Shown here: positions 29,919 to 42,822 of the stretch, piece by piece
Layout: each line of letters begins with the position of its first letter
Position numbering within the stretch: position 1 is the first letter of the stretch
DNA from: Verrucomicrobiia bacterium
Lineage (GTDB): Bacteria; Verrucomicrobiota; Verrucomicrobiia; Limisphaerales; UBA1319
Assembly (NCBI GenBank): GCA_963664225.1
Contig: OY760937.1
Span: forward strand, 1,280,001-1,344,000
DNA length: 64,000 nt
Direction: 5' to 3'
Made by a program: the position numbers and the translations under genes
Notes under the pieces: generated by a model
Seen by the model: the letters and a program-made list of their open reading frames with translations, nothing else
Databases searched by the model: none
What the model was told of the DNA's origin: nothing

Positions 29919-30832
29919 TGGCTCTTTTTCGCGAGCATAGGTTCTTCCGGTTTAGTTTCGACCTCGGCTTCAGTTTTCGGTTCGCCTTTGGCTTCGGGCT
30001 TAGTTTCGACTTTAACTGCGGATTTAGTTTCGGGTTTGGCTTCAGGTTTAGGCTCGGCTTTGGGTTGTGGCTTGTCCTTCTCTTTCAGAAGTTCACCGAT
30101 GCCTTTTTCCAGCGACGCGAGGTAATCTGCGATGCTCCAACCGACTTTTTGCCCATTAATGGTGAGTTCAATCCCACTGACCAGGTCGGGCGCGGTTTCA
30201 AACCGAAGGGGAATGTCAGCCGAGAAAGTTTCGTTGAGTGCATTCTGTATCGTCGCGCGTTGGTCGGCGGCCAGTCCAAACGCACTGCGCACGAGAACAG
30301 GCACCGACGCGGTCCTGATGGCCTCGGCGAGGCTGACTTTCGCCTTGCCGTCCATCTCGCGCAAACGACGCGTGAACACTTCGCCCATCCGCTCTTCCAA
30401 ACTCGTCGTAGCGAGATCCGCCAGCGCCTTTCGCGCGATGGCAAACACTTCCTGCTGCGTCCGGCGACTGATGGCTTGATTCAGGTTGCGAGCGTCGTTG
30501 GTCAGCGATTCCTGTCGCTTCGCACTCAAGGCGTCAGCAGCCTTGCGCGCTTCGTCAAGCAATCGCTGACGTTCGGCTTTCGCCTCGTCCGTCGCCTTGG
30601 TCAAAAGTGCGGCGCGCTGCTGGTCGAACTCCTCGTTCTTATGCTGGAACTCGTCACGATCCTTTTGAGCTTCGGCCTTTTTTGCATCGGCGTCCGCAAG
30701 TTCTTTTGCGATCCGCTTCTCACGCGCGTCAATCGCGTGGAGGATGGGCTTGTAAAGAAAGCGCTTCATCAGCCACACCAGGATAAGGAAGTTGAGCGCC
30801 TGCGCACCAACGGTGAACCAGTCAATCAACAT
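29915..30832 (-). CDS. atpF: N-ATPase b subunit (long, with delta-like C-terminal region)
   Basis: [25 protein letters not shown], coiled coil, L..GIEL. Confidence 0.92.
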   Translation of the reverse strand: MLIDWFTVGAQALNFLILVWLMKRFLYKPILHAIDAREKRIAKELADADAKKAEAQKDRDEFQHKNEEFDQQRAALLTKATDEAKAERQRLLDEARKAADALSAKRQESLTNDARNLNQAISRRTQQEVFAIARKALADLATTSLEERMGEVFTRRLREMDGKAKVSLAEAIRTASVPVLVRSAFGLAADQRATIQNALNETFSADIPLRFETAPDLVSGIELTINGQKVGWSIADYLASLEKGIGELLKEKDKPQPKAEPKPEAKPETKSAVKVETKPEAKGEPKTEAEVETKPEEPMLAKKSQ

Positions 30833-30836
30833 AGGA

Positions 30837-31127
30837 TTACTTTCCTACCGCCTGGGTTGCCCCGGAGATGACGTGATTCCAGAACGGGTTGGCGAAGATG
30901 AGGATCATCGAGACCACGAAGCAATAGATTGCCGTGGACTCGATCATCGCCAGACCGACGAACAAGGTTCGGGTTATCGTTGCGGAGGCGTCGGGCTGCT
31001 GCGCCAGTGCGGTAAGCGCCGTCGCGACCGCCTTCCCTTCGCCCAGTGCAGGCATCATACACCCCAGGCTGGTCGTAATTCCAGCCGTGACGATTGAGGC
31101 AACGCCAATGAGAGTCATGCTATCCAT
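30837..31127 (-). CDS. atpE: N-ATPase c subunit
   Basis: PALGEG, AQQP loop, MIESTAIY. Confidence 0.95.
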   Translation of the reverse strand: MDSMTLIGVASIVTAGITTSLGCMMPALGEGKAVATALTALAQQPDASATITRTLFVGLAMIESTAIYCFVVSMILIFANPFWNHVISGATQAVGK

Positions 31128-31157
31128 AAAATGTCCTTTGGTTAGTTCTTTATTGTT

Positions 31158-31853
31158 TCAAGTTTTGGGCGCTGGCTCCGGCCTGGCCTTGCGCGTGCGC
31201 GTGGCGGCTGCGATGTAAACCGCCGCCAGAATGCTGAAAATATATGCCTGCACCATGCCAGTGAGCAGGCCGAGTAACGTCATGATGATCGGAAAGACGA
31301 ACGGCGTGATGGTCAGCAGAATCGCGATGATCATTGCCCCGCTCATCATGTTTCCGAACAGCCGGACCGCTAGCGCGAGTGTGCGCGAAAGCTCGCTGAT
31401 GATATTAAAGGGCAGCATTATAAACGTCGGCTTCACATAGGACTTGAGGTAGCCGCCCAATCCCTGTTCCTCGATGCCGAAAAGCGGCACGGCCACAAAC
31501 ACGCACAGCGCGAGGGCCGCCGTGGTTGAGAGCGAGCTGGTCGGCGGCTCATAGCCTGGGATGATCGTGCAAAGGGCGGCCAGGGCGACGAACAAAAAGA
31601 GCGTGCCTAGAAAACCAATATATTTTTCGGGATGAGGGAGGCCAACTTCTTCGATTTGTTTCTGGATGCCGGTGACGACGATTTCCAAAAGGTTCTGCCA
31701 GCGGGAACGTTTCAGACCTGTGGAAAGTTGGCGCGTGATGAGTTTCGAGCCAACCACCAGAACGAGCATCAGACCCCATGTGAATACAATCGTGCCATTG
31801 AGTTTGAGGAACCCATGTTGCCAGAAAATCATCTGGTCGGGACTAAGGCGCAT
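31158..31853 (-). CDS. atpB: N-ATPase a subunit
   Basis: PTSSL, LALAVRLFGNM, QAYIF..L...YI. Confidence 0.95.
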   Translation of the reverse strand: MRLSPDQMIFWQHGFLKLNGTIVFTWGLMLVLVVGSKLITRQLSTGLKRSRWQNLLEIVVTGIQKQIEEVGLPHPEKYIGFLGTLFLFVALAALCTIIPGYEPPTSSLSTTAALALCVFVAVPLFGIEEQGLGGYLKSYVKPTFIMLPFNIISELSRTLALAVRLFGNMMSGAMIIAILLTITPFVFPIIMTLLGLLTGMVQAYIFSILAAVYIAAATRTRKARPEPAPKT

Positions 31854-32157
31854 GGCGGGCCTCCTTTGCCGGAGAGTTGGAGCGTTCGAACGACGCGCTG
31901 GTGAATCGCATCACGAGGAAGCGTGCGATGACAAATCCGATGAGACACAGCAGCAGCCGCTCCCAATGCTCGCGCCCGATAAGATAAAATCCGGCCAGGA
32001 CAAGGCTCATCCGCACCAGTGCGCTGCCCAGAAACCAAAGCGCCGGATGTTTGGAGGATACGCATTGCCGCACGGACCACCACAGTCCGCCGAAGAAAAT
32101 CGCGCCGAGTGAAAGGCCCGCGACCAGAGCGGACGCCAAAATTAAAAACTCATTCAT
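31843..32157 (-). CDS. atpR: N-ATPase AtpR subunit
   Basis: G..LG..FFGGLWW.V, S.L.R; expected position in the operon. Confidence 0.85.
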   Translation of the reverse strand: MNEFLILASALVAGLSLGAIFFGGLWWSVRQCVSSKHPALWFLGSALVRMSLVLAGFYLIGREHWERLLLCLIGFVIARFLVMRFTSASFERSNSPAKEARHAP

Positions 32158-32474
32158 GGTCATCCTCCTGTTCGTCCCGCATGGCTTTTTCTTCCTTGGC
32201 CACCCAAAACCACGCATTCAAACAGCCGATCGCCAGCCCACCAACCAGCAAGGCCAGTGTCCAGGAACGGCCTCCCGGATGGTGTTTGTCCAACCAGATT
32301 CCAAGCGCAGCACCTAGCAGCGTCGGAACGACCACCGACCATCCAATCAGCCCCATCATCCCCAAGCCGAACCAGACACCCTGCGTGGAGTTGCGCGCCT
32401 TGAGCTTGCGCGTTGCCTTCGCACCGACCTGCTCAGCAAGAGTCGGCCTGCTTTTCGAGGATTGTTTTGGCTCG

Positions 32475-32482
<8 letters not shown>
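32150..32482 (-). CDS. atpQ: N-ATPase AtpQ (AtpZ/AtpI family)
   Basis: GLG..G.IGWSVV.PTLLG..LG.WLD. Confidence 0.85.
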
Positions 32483-34731
<2,249 letters not shown>

Positions 34732-34772
34732 TTAAAACATGTCCTTTCGACTGAATTAGGTTAGTTTCCGCG

Positions 34773-36062
34773 ATGAGTATGTGCATTCTTACAACCGGAG
34801 CTCCGAAGCGGATCGGCTTCATATCGACCCGCTTTCAAGGCACCGATGGTGTGACCCTGGAAGCCCGGAAATGGGCTCAGATCCTCAAGGGCATGGGGCA
34901 TTCCTGTTTCTGGATGGCCGGCCAGCTTGATGCACCCGCGGAAGTCAGCCAAACCGCGCCGCTGGCCTTCTTCAATCACCCGGAAGTCATGGATGTTCAA
35001 AACAAAATGTTTGGCGTTTCCTGCCGAACTCGGAGCGTTACCAACCAGATTCAGTCCATCAAGGAACATCTCAAGGATGAATTGTATTGTTTCATAGAAA
35101 AATTCCACCTCGAAGTGCTCATACCGGAGAACATTCTTGCCATCCCGATGCATGTGCCGCTGGGACTGGCGGTGACCGAGGTGATTGCTGAGACTACAAT
35201 TCCGGTCGTGGCACACCACCATGATTTCACTTGGGAACGTGAGCGCTTCACCCTCAATGCGGTCAATGATTACCTCCAGGCCGCCTTTCCTCCGCTGCTC
35301 TATGGGATGGAGCACGTCGTCATCAATTCAATGCAGCAAAAGGAACTCGCGCGCCGTCTGGGGATTCCCTCGCAAATCATTCCCAATGTCCTGGACTTCG
35401 AAACCCCACCGCCCGGCCTGGACAGTTATAACGCCGACCTGCGCCAGGAAATCGGCCTGAGCGAGGATGACCATTTCATACTGCAACCCACGCGAGTGGT
35501 CGCCCGCAAAGGCATCGAACACGCTATTGAACTGGTGCGCCGCCTGCGCGAACCCCGCGCAAAACTGGTCATTTCGCATCCGGCGGGCGATGAGGGCAAC
35601 GCTTACATGGCCATGCTTAAGGACCGCATTGCCGACGCGGGCATCGATGTGCGCTTCATCGCGGACCGCGTGGGTGAAGCGCGCGGTGTGAATGCGGAGG
35701 GTCGCAAGGTTTATACCCTGGCCGATGTGTATCCGCACGCCGATCTGGTGACTTATCCCAGTCACTACGAAGGCTTTGGCAATGCCTTTCTGGAGGCGGT
35801 GTATTTCGGCAAGCCGGTTGTGGTAAACACCTACGCCGTGTATGCCCGCGATATTGATCCGCTGGGATTCAAAACGATTGAAATGACCCAACTGGTCACC
35901 CGCGAGGTAGTGGAAGAAACCCGGGAAATCCTGCGTAACAAATCCATGCGAGATGAATGGGCCAGGACCAATTACGAATTGGGCCTGAAGTATTTCTCAT
36001 ATGCCGTGGCCCGCCGGAAACTGGCCGCACGGTTCGCCAATCTTTTCGGCGAGGGAGTTTGA
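34773..36062 (+). CDS. GT4 glycosyltransferase (mannosylglucosylglycerate synthase-like)
   Basis: GTDGVTLE..KW, HHHDF.WER, QPTRVV.RKGIE, YEGFGNAFLEA. Confidence 0.85.
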   Translation: MSMCILTTGAPKRIGFISTRFQGTDGVTLEARKWAQILKGMGHSCFWMAGQLDAPAEVSQTAPLAFFNHPEVMDVQNKMFGVSCRTRSVTNQIQSIKEHLKDELYCFIEKFHLEVLIPENILAIPMHVPLGLAVTEVIAETTIPVVAHHHDFTWERERFTLNAVNDYLQAAFPPLLYGMEHVVINSMQQKELARRLGIPSQIIPNVLDFETPPPGLDSYNADLRQEIGLSEDDHFILQPTRVVARKGIEHAIELVRRLREPRAKLVISHPAGDEGNAYMAMLKDRIADAGIDVRFIADRVGEARGVNAEGRKVYTLADVYPHADLVTYPSHYEGFGNAFLEAVYFGKPVVVNTYAVYARDIDPLGFKTIEMTQLVTREVVEETREILRNKSMRDEWARTNYELGLKYFSYAVARRKLAARFANLFGEGV

Positions 36063-36072
36063 TTCGCAAACA

Positions 36073-37800
36073 TCAAACATCTTCTTGCAACTTCTGGGCC
36101 ATTTGAGTCTCAGCGCGCAGCAAGTCGTGTAAAGTCACCAACCCCACAGGCACACCTCCTTCCCGATCCAATATCACCACGAATTGTGTGGTGGATTCAA
36201 TCAACAGCGTCTGCAATTCACCGATCGTGAGGTTCCGCAAGCAGGTCGTGGCCGGTTCCAATTTGGGAGTGGGATGCCCGGCGACCACCGCCTCGGCTTC
36301 CTTGCGGGTCAGGATTCCCGCCAACCGGCCATCCTGCACAAAAGGGAATCGCTGATAGGGATGCTGGTTCAATTTCTCTTTTAATGCAGCCCGTCCCAAA
36401 TCTTCCACGGCTGCCACCTGGAAATTCGCGATGGCTGATACGGGCAACTGCTGCCAGCTTTGCAGGTCTCGAGGAGGACGCACATGCTCAATGCGGTGGC
36501 CATCCTGTTCAAGCAAGGCTTCATAAAAGTTATGTCGATTCATGCGTCTGCTGATCGCCTGACTGATCAACGCGCCAATCATGAGTGCCGGCACAAGCGC
36601 AAATTCGTGCGTCATCTCAAAGACAATAAGAATGCCTGTCACGGGTGCCCCGACAACAGCCCCCAGACACGCGCTCATTCCCACAACTGCCAGAGCAAGC
36701 GAATCCGCGTGCGAAACATGCCATTCCAAGCCCATGAGACCAGCCACCGCAACACCAGCCATACCGCCAAAAAACAGGGAGGGTGAGAAAATTCCACCAC
36801 ATCCCCCAAAGCCGTAACAGCTGAATGTCGCCACAAACTTTGTTGCCAATAATACCGCAGCCAACTGCCAGCCGATGTCGCCCGCCAGCGCGCTGGAGAG
36901 GTCGTCGTATCCAAGGCTGAACACACCCAAACGTCCCGTTTGACAAAATACCCCGACGCCCAGGACCCAAGTCACAAGGCCCCCGACAGCAGGGAGCATC
37001 CAGGCTGGCATTTGAGAGTTACGCTTCATTCGCAAGCGCAAGCCAAGTGCGGCACGTTGAAAATACACACCAATCACGCTGGCAATGGCCGCTACGACTG
37101 GCGTCAACAAATAGCCCATCCAGGTTGGTGTCTGCACACCGGAAAGAGTGAACGAGGGTTGCTTTCCAATAATGCCATGCACCACCAACGCGCCCAAAAC
37201 CGAAGCCAGCAGCACCGGCCCGAGATAACGACTATTTAAATCTCCGATGATTTCTTCGAGAACAAAGGTGGTGGCAGCCAGGGGCGTGTTGAAGGCCGCA
37301 GCGAGTCCGGCCGACGCCCCCACTGCCGCCGCAGAACGGCGGTTCTGTTTTGGCTCTCCAGCCAACCCTGCCAGATTGGAACTGATTGCACCAGCCAACT
37401 GCACGCTTGGGCCTTCCCGGCCAAGGCTTGATCCGCCTCCGATGCTGATAATACCAGCGATGAACTTTACCCAGGCCACGCGCCAGGGCACCATTCCAAA
37501 ATCCTTCCAAAAAGCCAACTTGAGCTGGGGAATGCCGCTACCGGATGCTTCGCGGCAGAAAGAGTTCAACAGCCATCCCACCACGAGCGACGACACAACC
37601 ACGATGCAGAAACTGCCAAGGATGAATGTCCACTTTGATCCGTGGGAAAACCTGAGCAATCCAATCCGGTAGAACCAATTCATGCCCAGTTGGAAAAGAA
37701 CGGTTACCACACCAGCAGAGAGGCCGTAAAGACAGGTCTGAACAACCGTCCGTGTTTGTTTGGGCAGCTTCTGAAATAACGAGGCCAGCAAAAATGTCAT
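36073..37800 (-). CDS. ClC-family chloride channel / Cl-/H+ antiporter with CBS domains
   Basis: GSGIP, GREGP, GGIFSP, FEMT, and a CBS tail. Confidence 0.93.
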   Translation of the reverse strand: MTFLLASLFQKLPKQTRTVVQTCLYGLSAGVVTVLFQLGMNWFYRIGLLRFSHGSKWTFILGSFCIVVVSSLVVGWLLNSFCREASGSGIPQLKLAFWKDFGMVPWRVAWVKFIAGIISIGGGSSLGREGPSVQLAGAISSNLAGLAGEPKQNRRSAAAVGASAGLAAAFNTPLAATTFVLEEIIGDLNSRYLGPVLLASVLGALVVHGIIGKQPSFTLSGVQTPTWMGYLLTPVVAAIASVIGVYFQRAALGLRLRMKRNSQMPAWMLPAVGGLVTWVLGVGVFCQTGRLGVFSLGYDDLSSALAGDIGWQLAAVLLATKFVATFSCYGFGGCGGIFSPSLFFGGMAGVAVAGLMGLEWHVSHADSLALAVVGMSACLGAVVGAPVTGILIVFEMTHEFALVPALMIGALISQAISRRMNRHNFYEALLEQDGHRIEHVRPPRDLQSWQQLPVSAIANFQVAAVEDLGRAALKEKLNQHPYQRFPFVQDGRLAGILTRKEAEAVVAGHPTPKLEPATTCLRNLTIGELQTLLIESTTQFVVILDREGGVPVGLVTLHDLLRAETQMAQKLQEDV

Positions 37801-38018
37801 TGCGCTTACAGTTTCGATCCATTTCACCCTTGTTTTCAACAAGGAATATTCACGGGTGTAAGTCAGATTTCATCTGGAAGGTCTGATTTTCAAAGTTTTA
37901 AGAGGCGAATCTATAAGGAATTTATAAATTCGGATCATTTCGTGCCTGAGCAATGGGGTTTGGGACGTCTTGATTTCCGACAATCCTGATGGAGTGTAGG
38001 GGCGAGAATTCAACTGCA

Positions 38019-38660
38019 ATGGCACTGGAACAGTCTCAGAATCGATCGCAGATTGAGGGAGAAAACGCGCCTCCCGTCTCCAGCAGTGCGCCACGTCTCG
38101 ATCCCGAGCAATGGGTGGAAAACCATGGCGATATGCTGTTTGGGTATGCCATGGCCAGGGTCCGCGATCAAGGCATTGCGCAGGAGTTGGTTCAAGAGAC
38201 CTTTCTCTCCGCGCTCAAAGGGATGCAAAGCTTTGCTGGAAAATCTAGCGAACGGGCCTGGCTATTTGGGATTCTCCGCAACAAGTTGACCGACCATTAC
38301 CGGCTTCTGAGCCGTGAAATACCCATGTCGGACTTTGAGTCATCGAGTCCCGAGGAGGATGGATTCTTCCAACCCTGCGGAATGGGAAAGGACGGTTGGA
38401 TCCGCCGACACGCACCCAAGCGATGGGATTCGCCAGACGAAAGTCTGATGAACAAGGAATTTCAACTCGTTTTTCACAATTGCCTATCGCGCCTGCCGGA
38501 AAAGACGGCTCGGGTATTCATGCTGCAGGAGATCGATGGCGATTCCAGTGAAGAAACTTGTAAGGTTTTGAATCTCTCCGCGAACAACCTATGGGTCATG
38601 CTTCACCGTGCGCGGATGGCTCTACGGCGGTGCCTTGAAATTCACTGGTTCGGGAAATGA
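38019..38660 (+). CDS. ECF sigma-70 factor
   Basis: LVQETFL, F.GKSS...WL.GILRNK, N.WV.LHRAR..LR.CL. Confidence 0.9.
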   Translation: MALEQSQNRSQIEGENAPPVSSSAPRLDPEQWVENHGDMLFGYAMARVRDQGIAQELVQETFLSALKGMQSFAGKSSERAWLFGILRNKLTDHYRLLSREIPMSDFESSSPEEDGFFQPCGMGKDGWIRRHAPKRWDSPDESLMNKEFQLVFHNCLSRLPEKTARVFMLQEIDGDSSEETCKVLNLSANNLWVMLHRARMALRRCLEIHWFGK

Positions 38661-38726
38661 AAACAAAATGAATGATATGACGCAACAGGCGGGGTCCTTG
38701 CGAAAATATAAAAAGGGCCAAAGGCC

Positions 38727-38999
38727 ATGCTAAACTGTCGTCAGGTCACACGTCTGGTTTCGCGGTCGATGGATGAGAAACTGCCCTGGCACCAACGCCT
38801 GGGAATGCAGTTGCACCTGTTGTATTGTGTCTGGTGCCGTCGCTATGCCGTCCAACTCCGGTTTTTGCGGGTCGCCACACGACGTTTGCTGAATGGATTG
38901 GATGATGCTCCGCCACAATCTCTTTCCCTTGAAGCAAAGGAACAAATCCAGGCCTGCCTGCGCCGGGCGATGAAACAATCGCCACCGGCAGGGGAGTGA
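38727..38999 (+). CDS. zf-HC2 zinc-finger anti-sigma factor
   Basis: ML.C......S...D, HL..C..C; follows the sigma gene. Confidence 0.85.
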   Translation: MLNCRQVTRLVSRSMDEKLPWHQRLGMQLHLLYCVWCRRYAVQLRFLRVATRRLLNGLDDAPPQSLSLEAKEQIQACLRRAMKQSPPAGE

Positions 39000-39209
39000 T
39001 TCGGGCCCGTATTGGCGAAGTCTGCTGCTCTGGCTTCGGCTTTTAGAATGCTTTCCCGCGCTTCGAACATTTTTCCAGGTTCCGTGTAAGGATTTTCGGT
39101 TCTCCACGACTTCCCTGTGTGCGACCGATTCGCCCATGGCGTTAGGAGTTTGGAAGACGACACATGGGACCGGTTGCGCATGAACATCATGAAGAAAGAT
39201 AACAAGAAA

Positions 39210-40328
39210 ATGAAAACGACAACATTCGCAATAAAAATGGCGGGTCTGGGATTAGGGCTGGCCCTATTGGCCAGCATCGCTAAAGCCGAGGATCAGGGAG
39301 CCCTTTTCACAATGAACAACGCAGCCACTGATAACCATGCATTGATATTTCATCGTGCGGCTAATGGGGCGATTGCCCCGGTTGGCAGTTATGCCACAGG
39401 AGGCGATGGCTCTGGAACTGGACTCCCAAGTCAGGGATCGGTTTTGCTTAGCCCCAACGGGCATTGGTTATTTGTTTGCAATGCCGGGAGTGATGAGATT
39501 TCGGTTTTCGCCGTCTCCCACCGTGGTTTGATACTCGCAGATAAAGTGAGTTCGGGAGGCCGCTTTCCTCTGAGCCTGGCGTTGGACCATAATCTTCTTT
39601 ATGTACTGAATGCAGGCGGGTTGACAGGCGGCAAAGATAATATTGTGGGCTTTGCATTTGCCGGTGGCTCACTCGAAGCACTTCCGAATTCATCTCGTGC
39701 CCTGAGCGGTGACAATACTGGCCCGGCCCAGATATCGTTCGCGCCAGATGGCAAAACTCTTGTGGTGACAGAGCGGATGTCCAATCTCATCAACACTTTC
39801 ACAGTGGGCGAGGATGGGTTGACGACGGAGCATAAAACCTTTCAATCAGTGGGAGCCACGCCGTTTGGTTTTGCTGTTGGCCGGGAAAACCTTATTTTTG
39901 TATCGGAGGCGGTGGGAGGCATGCCCAATGCGAGTTCCGCATCCTCTTACAGTGTTTCAGAGGAGGGCGAGCTCGCTGTGATTAGTGGCGCCGTGCCCAC
40001 AAAACAAACGGCTGCATGCTGGCTGACGGCCTCGCGGAATGGGCGATTTGTTTACACAGCCAATGCGGGTAGCGGCTCCATTTCAGGCTTCAGAGTGGCC
40101 CATAATGGTCACCTTCAACTCCTGGATACCGACGGTCAAACAGCCTTGACCGGGAACGGAAGCCATCCGACGGACATGGTCGAAAGCCGAGGTGGCCGAT
40201 TCTTTTACAGTCTGAACAATGGAAATGGAACAATCAGCGCGTTTTATTCGATTCCCAATGGAGCACTCCATCCCCTGATGGTGTTACCGGGGCTTCCCAC
40301 CAGTGCGTCAGGCCTGGCAGGTCAATAA
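39210..40328 (+). CDS. secreted lactonase-family beta-propeller protein
   Basis: Signal peptide and repeated blades (NAGS..IS.F, AACW); start approximate. Confidence 0.85.
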   Translation: MKTTTFAIKMAGLGLGLALLASIAKAEDQGALFTMNNAATDNHALIFHRAANGAIAPVGSYATGGDGSGTGLPSQGSVLLSPNGHWLFVCNAGSDEISVFAVSHRGLILADKVSSGGRFPLSLALDHNLLYVLNAGGLTGGKDNIVGFAFAGGSLEALPNSSRALSGDNTGPAQISFAPDGKTLVVTERMSNLINTFTVGEDGLTTEHKTFQSVGATPFGFAVGRENLIFVSEAVGGMPNASSASSYSVSEEGELAVISGAVPTKQTAACWLTASRNGRFVYTANAGSGSISGFRVAHNGHLQLLDTDGQTALTGNGSHPTDMVESRGGRFFYSLNNGNGTISAFYSIPNGALHPLMVLPGLPTSASGLAGQ

Positions 40329-40605
40329 GGGCTTTCAAATGTGGTGGGCAGGCCCATCAGTGGAGCGCCAGAAGGCCAACCCGCTGATGGGTTTAATAGT
40401 TTTATGACGCGGGCTATCACATGCGATCCATTTATCGGATCCAACCGCCAGTCAAAGCATTGCTCATGACGTTAAGTGGTCAAATAATCAGCAACTTACA
40501 ACCATTTTGTGGCGACGCTTGCCAAATTGCGCCACATCAATGCGCTGCTTCGCGCCCCAAATTATTCATCGCACGTTTATTTGTTACGTGGCAGAATCCG
40601 GGTCC

Positions 40606-41298
40606 ATGAAGAATGCTGATCGAGTCTCGACCTCCAGTGCTGACATATTGCGAGTCTTCCAATCCAAGAGCCAAACCAAGGCGTTTTACAATAAGATCTG
40701 TCGTTTCTATGATCTGCTTTCGGACCGTAGTGAAGCGCCGATGCGAAAGGCAGGACTTGCAATGTTGAAGGCGTCTTCCGGTGAGAAAGTCCTGGAAATC
40801 GGATTTGGCACCGGACACTGCCTTGCAGAGCTGGCCAAAGCCGTTGGCTCGACTGGCATTGTCTATGGCATCGATCTATCGAATGGAATGCTCAAGCTGG
40901 CCCAGCAGCAACTTAAGAAGGCAGGCCTCGCGCAGCGCGTGAAACTGCGCTGCGGAGACGCCAGCTCCTTGCCCTACCCGGACTCACGGCTTGATGCCAT
41001 TTTCATGAGCTTTACACTCGAATTGTTTGATACCCCGGAGATCCCACAGATTCTGGCTGAATGCTGTCGGACCCTCCGCCCCGGCGGTCGCCTCGTTGTG
41101 GCGGGAATGTCAAAAGAGGGACCGAAAGATCCCCTGGTTCATGTCTTTGAATGGACACATCGTCATTTCCCCAATTTTCTCGATTGCCGCCCCATTTATA
41201 TCCGTCAATCGATGGAAGCTGCAGGATTCACCATTCGCAAGTCGCTTGTTCGTCACATGTGGATTCCTGTTGAAATCGTTCTCGGCATAAAGTCCTGA
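40606..41298 (+). CDS. class I SAM methyltransferase (UbiE-like)
   Basis: VLEIGFGTG, GIDLS.GM, GDA..LP, L.PGG. Confidence 0.88.
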   Translation: MKNADRVSTSSADILRVFQSKSQTKAFYNKICRFYDLLSDRSEAPMRKAGLAMLKASSGEKVLEIGFGTGHCLAELAKAVGSTGIVYGIDLSNGMLKLAQQQLKKAGLAQRVKLRCGDASSLPYPDSRLDAIFMSFTLELFDTPEIPQILAECCRTLRPGGRLVVAGMSKEGPKDPLVHVFEWTHRHFPNFLDCRPIYIRQSMEAAGFTIRKSLVRHMWIPVEIVLGIKS

Positions 41299-41360
41299 AT
41301 GATCCATTTGCAACTGGCAGGACTGCTTCTGCCCATTATGTTTTTCCGCCGCGTCGTCTG

Positions 41361-42668
41361 TTAACGGAAGAAGAGCAGAAACGCGACCAATCCGAGAATG
41401 GGTAATAAGATCGGCAGTGCGTAGCGCAATAAATATCCAAAGAAACCGGGCATTTTAACCTTGGCCCGCTCCGCTATGCTTTTAACCATGAAATTAGGAC
41501 CGTTCCCAATATAGGTCATTGCGCCAAAGAAAACTGCGCCTAATGAAATGGCCAGCAACTCACGGGGAAACCGCCCAGCCACTGTTGCCACATCGGCAGC
41601 ATTGCTCAGGCTAAGCCCGCGCGCTCCCATGTCCGCGGCCAGCAAGGTCAGGTAGGTCGGCGCATTGTCCAGCATGGCGGACAGAATCCCCGTAAGCCAA
41701 AAACACTTCATGGGCGAGTCCAATCCAAGACTTTGAGCGTGAATCTCCAGGTAATCCAAGGCCGGGACCATGGTTGCAAATATCCCCGCAAACAGCCATC
41801 CCACCTCACGGATCGGATGAAAAGTGAAGTCGTTGGATTCGTGTATGGACTTGGGCGTGAAATAGTAGGAAGCCACCGCTGCAGCCCCCATCAACGCCTC
41901 ACGCATCCCTGCCGGCTTCTCCAGGAACACCGCCACCAGAATCACGGCCAGTAGAGCCAAATTGCCTGCACCTTCGAATTTCCAGGTCTCGCTGGCTGTT
42001 TCTTTTTTGCGGACCAGAACCGGGGCTCGCAGAAAGTTTCGCCGATCGAGCACGTAGAAGATGGCCAGCAGCGCGCCGACCACCAGTGCCCAAGCGGGCC
42101 AGCAATGTTTCAACGTCCACCAGAACGGGACCCCTCTTAAGAAACCGAGAAACAGCGGCGGATCGCCAATAGGTGTGAGGCATCCGCCCGCATTACTTAC
42201 AATAAAGATGAAAAAGACGATGTGGAAGGCAGTGATCCGATATTTATTCATCCGCATCCAGGGGCGGATAAGCAGCATGGAGGCGCCGGTAGTACCCACC
42301 ACATTTGCAAGAACCGCTCCGATGAAGAGAAAGACGCAGTTGACACCCGGTGTGGATTCACCTTTGACCCGAATGTGAATACCCCCCGCCACAACAAACA
42401 GTGAGCCTATGAGTGCCATAAAACTCCCATACTCATAGATCACGTGAAACATACGGTCTCCCTGTTGCAATACCAACAGGTAATAGGCCGCAACAATCCC
42501 GCCCAACCCGATCGACACTTGATGATAATGCCGCTCCCACCAGTGATGATTAACGAAAGGCATGGCCGCGATGGACAGGAGAATCAGCCCAAAGGGTAGG
42601 ATCATCAACGGGTGCGGTTCTGCGGTATGGGTGGCCGCCAGCATTGGGATTAAAAGATTCGATATCAT
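41361..42668 (-). CDS. putative Na+/H+ antiporter (IT superfamily)
   Basis: GTTGASMLLIRP, GDPPLFLG, LDNAPTY, TYIGNGPNFMV. Confidence 0.85.
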   Translation of the reverse strand: MISNLLIPMLAATHTAEPHPLMILPFGLILLSIAAMPFVNHHWWERHYHQVSIGLGGIVAAYYLLVLQQGDRMFHVIYEYGSFMALIGSLFVVAGGIHIRVKGESTPGVNCVFLFIGAVLANVVGTTGASMLLIRPWMRMNKYRITAFHIVFFIFIVSNAGGCLTPIGDPPLFLGFLRGVPFWWTLKHCWPAWALVVGALLAIFYVLDRRNFLRAPVLVRKKETASETWKFEGAGNLALLAVILVAVFLEKPAGMREALMGAAAVASYYFTPKSIHESNDFTFHPIREVGWLFAGIFATMVPALDYLEIHAQSLGLDSPMKCFWLTGILSAMLDNAPTYLTLLAADMGARGLSLSNAADVATVAGRFPRELLAISLGAVFFGAMTYIGNGPNFMVKSIAERAKVKMPGFFGYLLRYALPILLPILGLVAFLLFFR

Positions 42669-42822
42669 GGTTGCGAACACTCCCACAAGAGCAGTGCCAA
42701 CAGGATGGGCCGCCCTTGCTTAATACTGAAGCTTTCGGAAGCTTCCGAAAAGGGTTTCGAGTGAGAAATCAACGCTTCCTCCCCATCTGGAATTTGCAAA
42801 TTGGTGATCATCATAACAATGT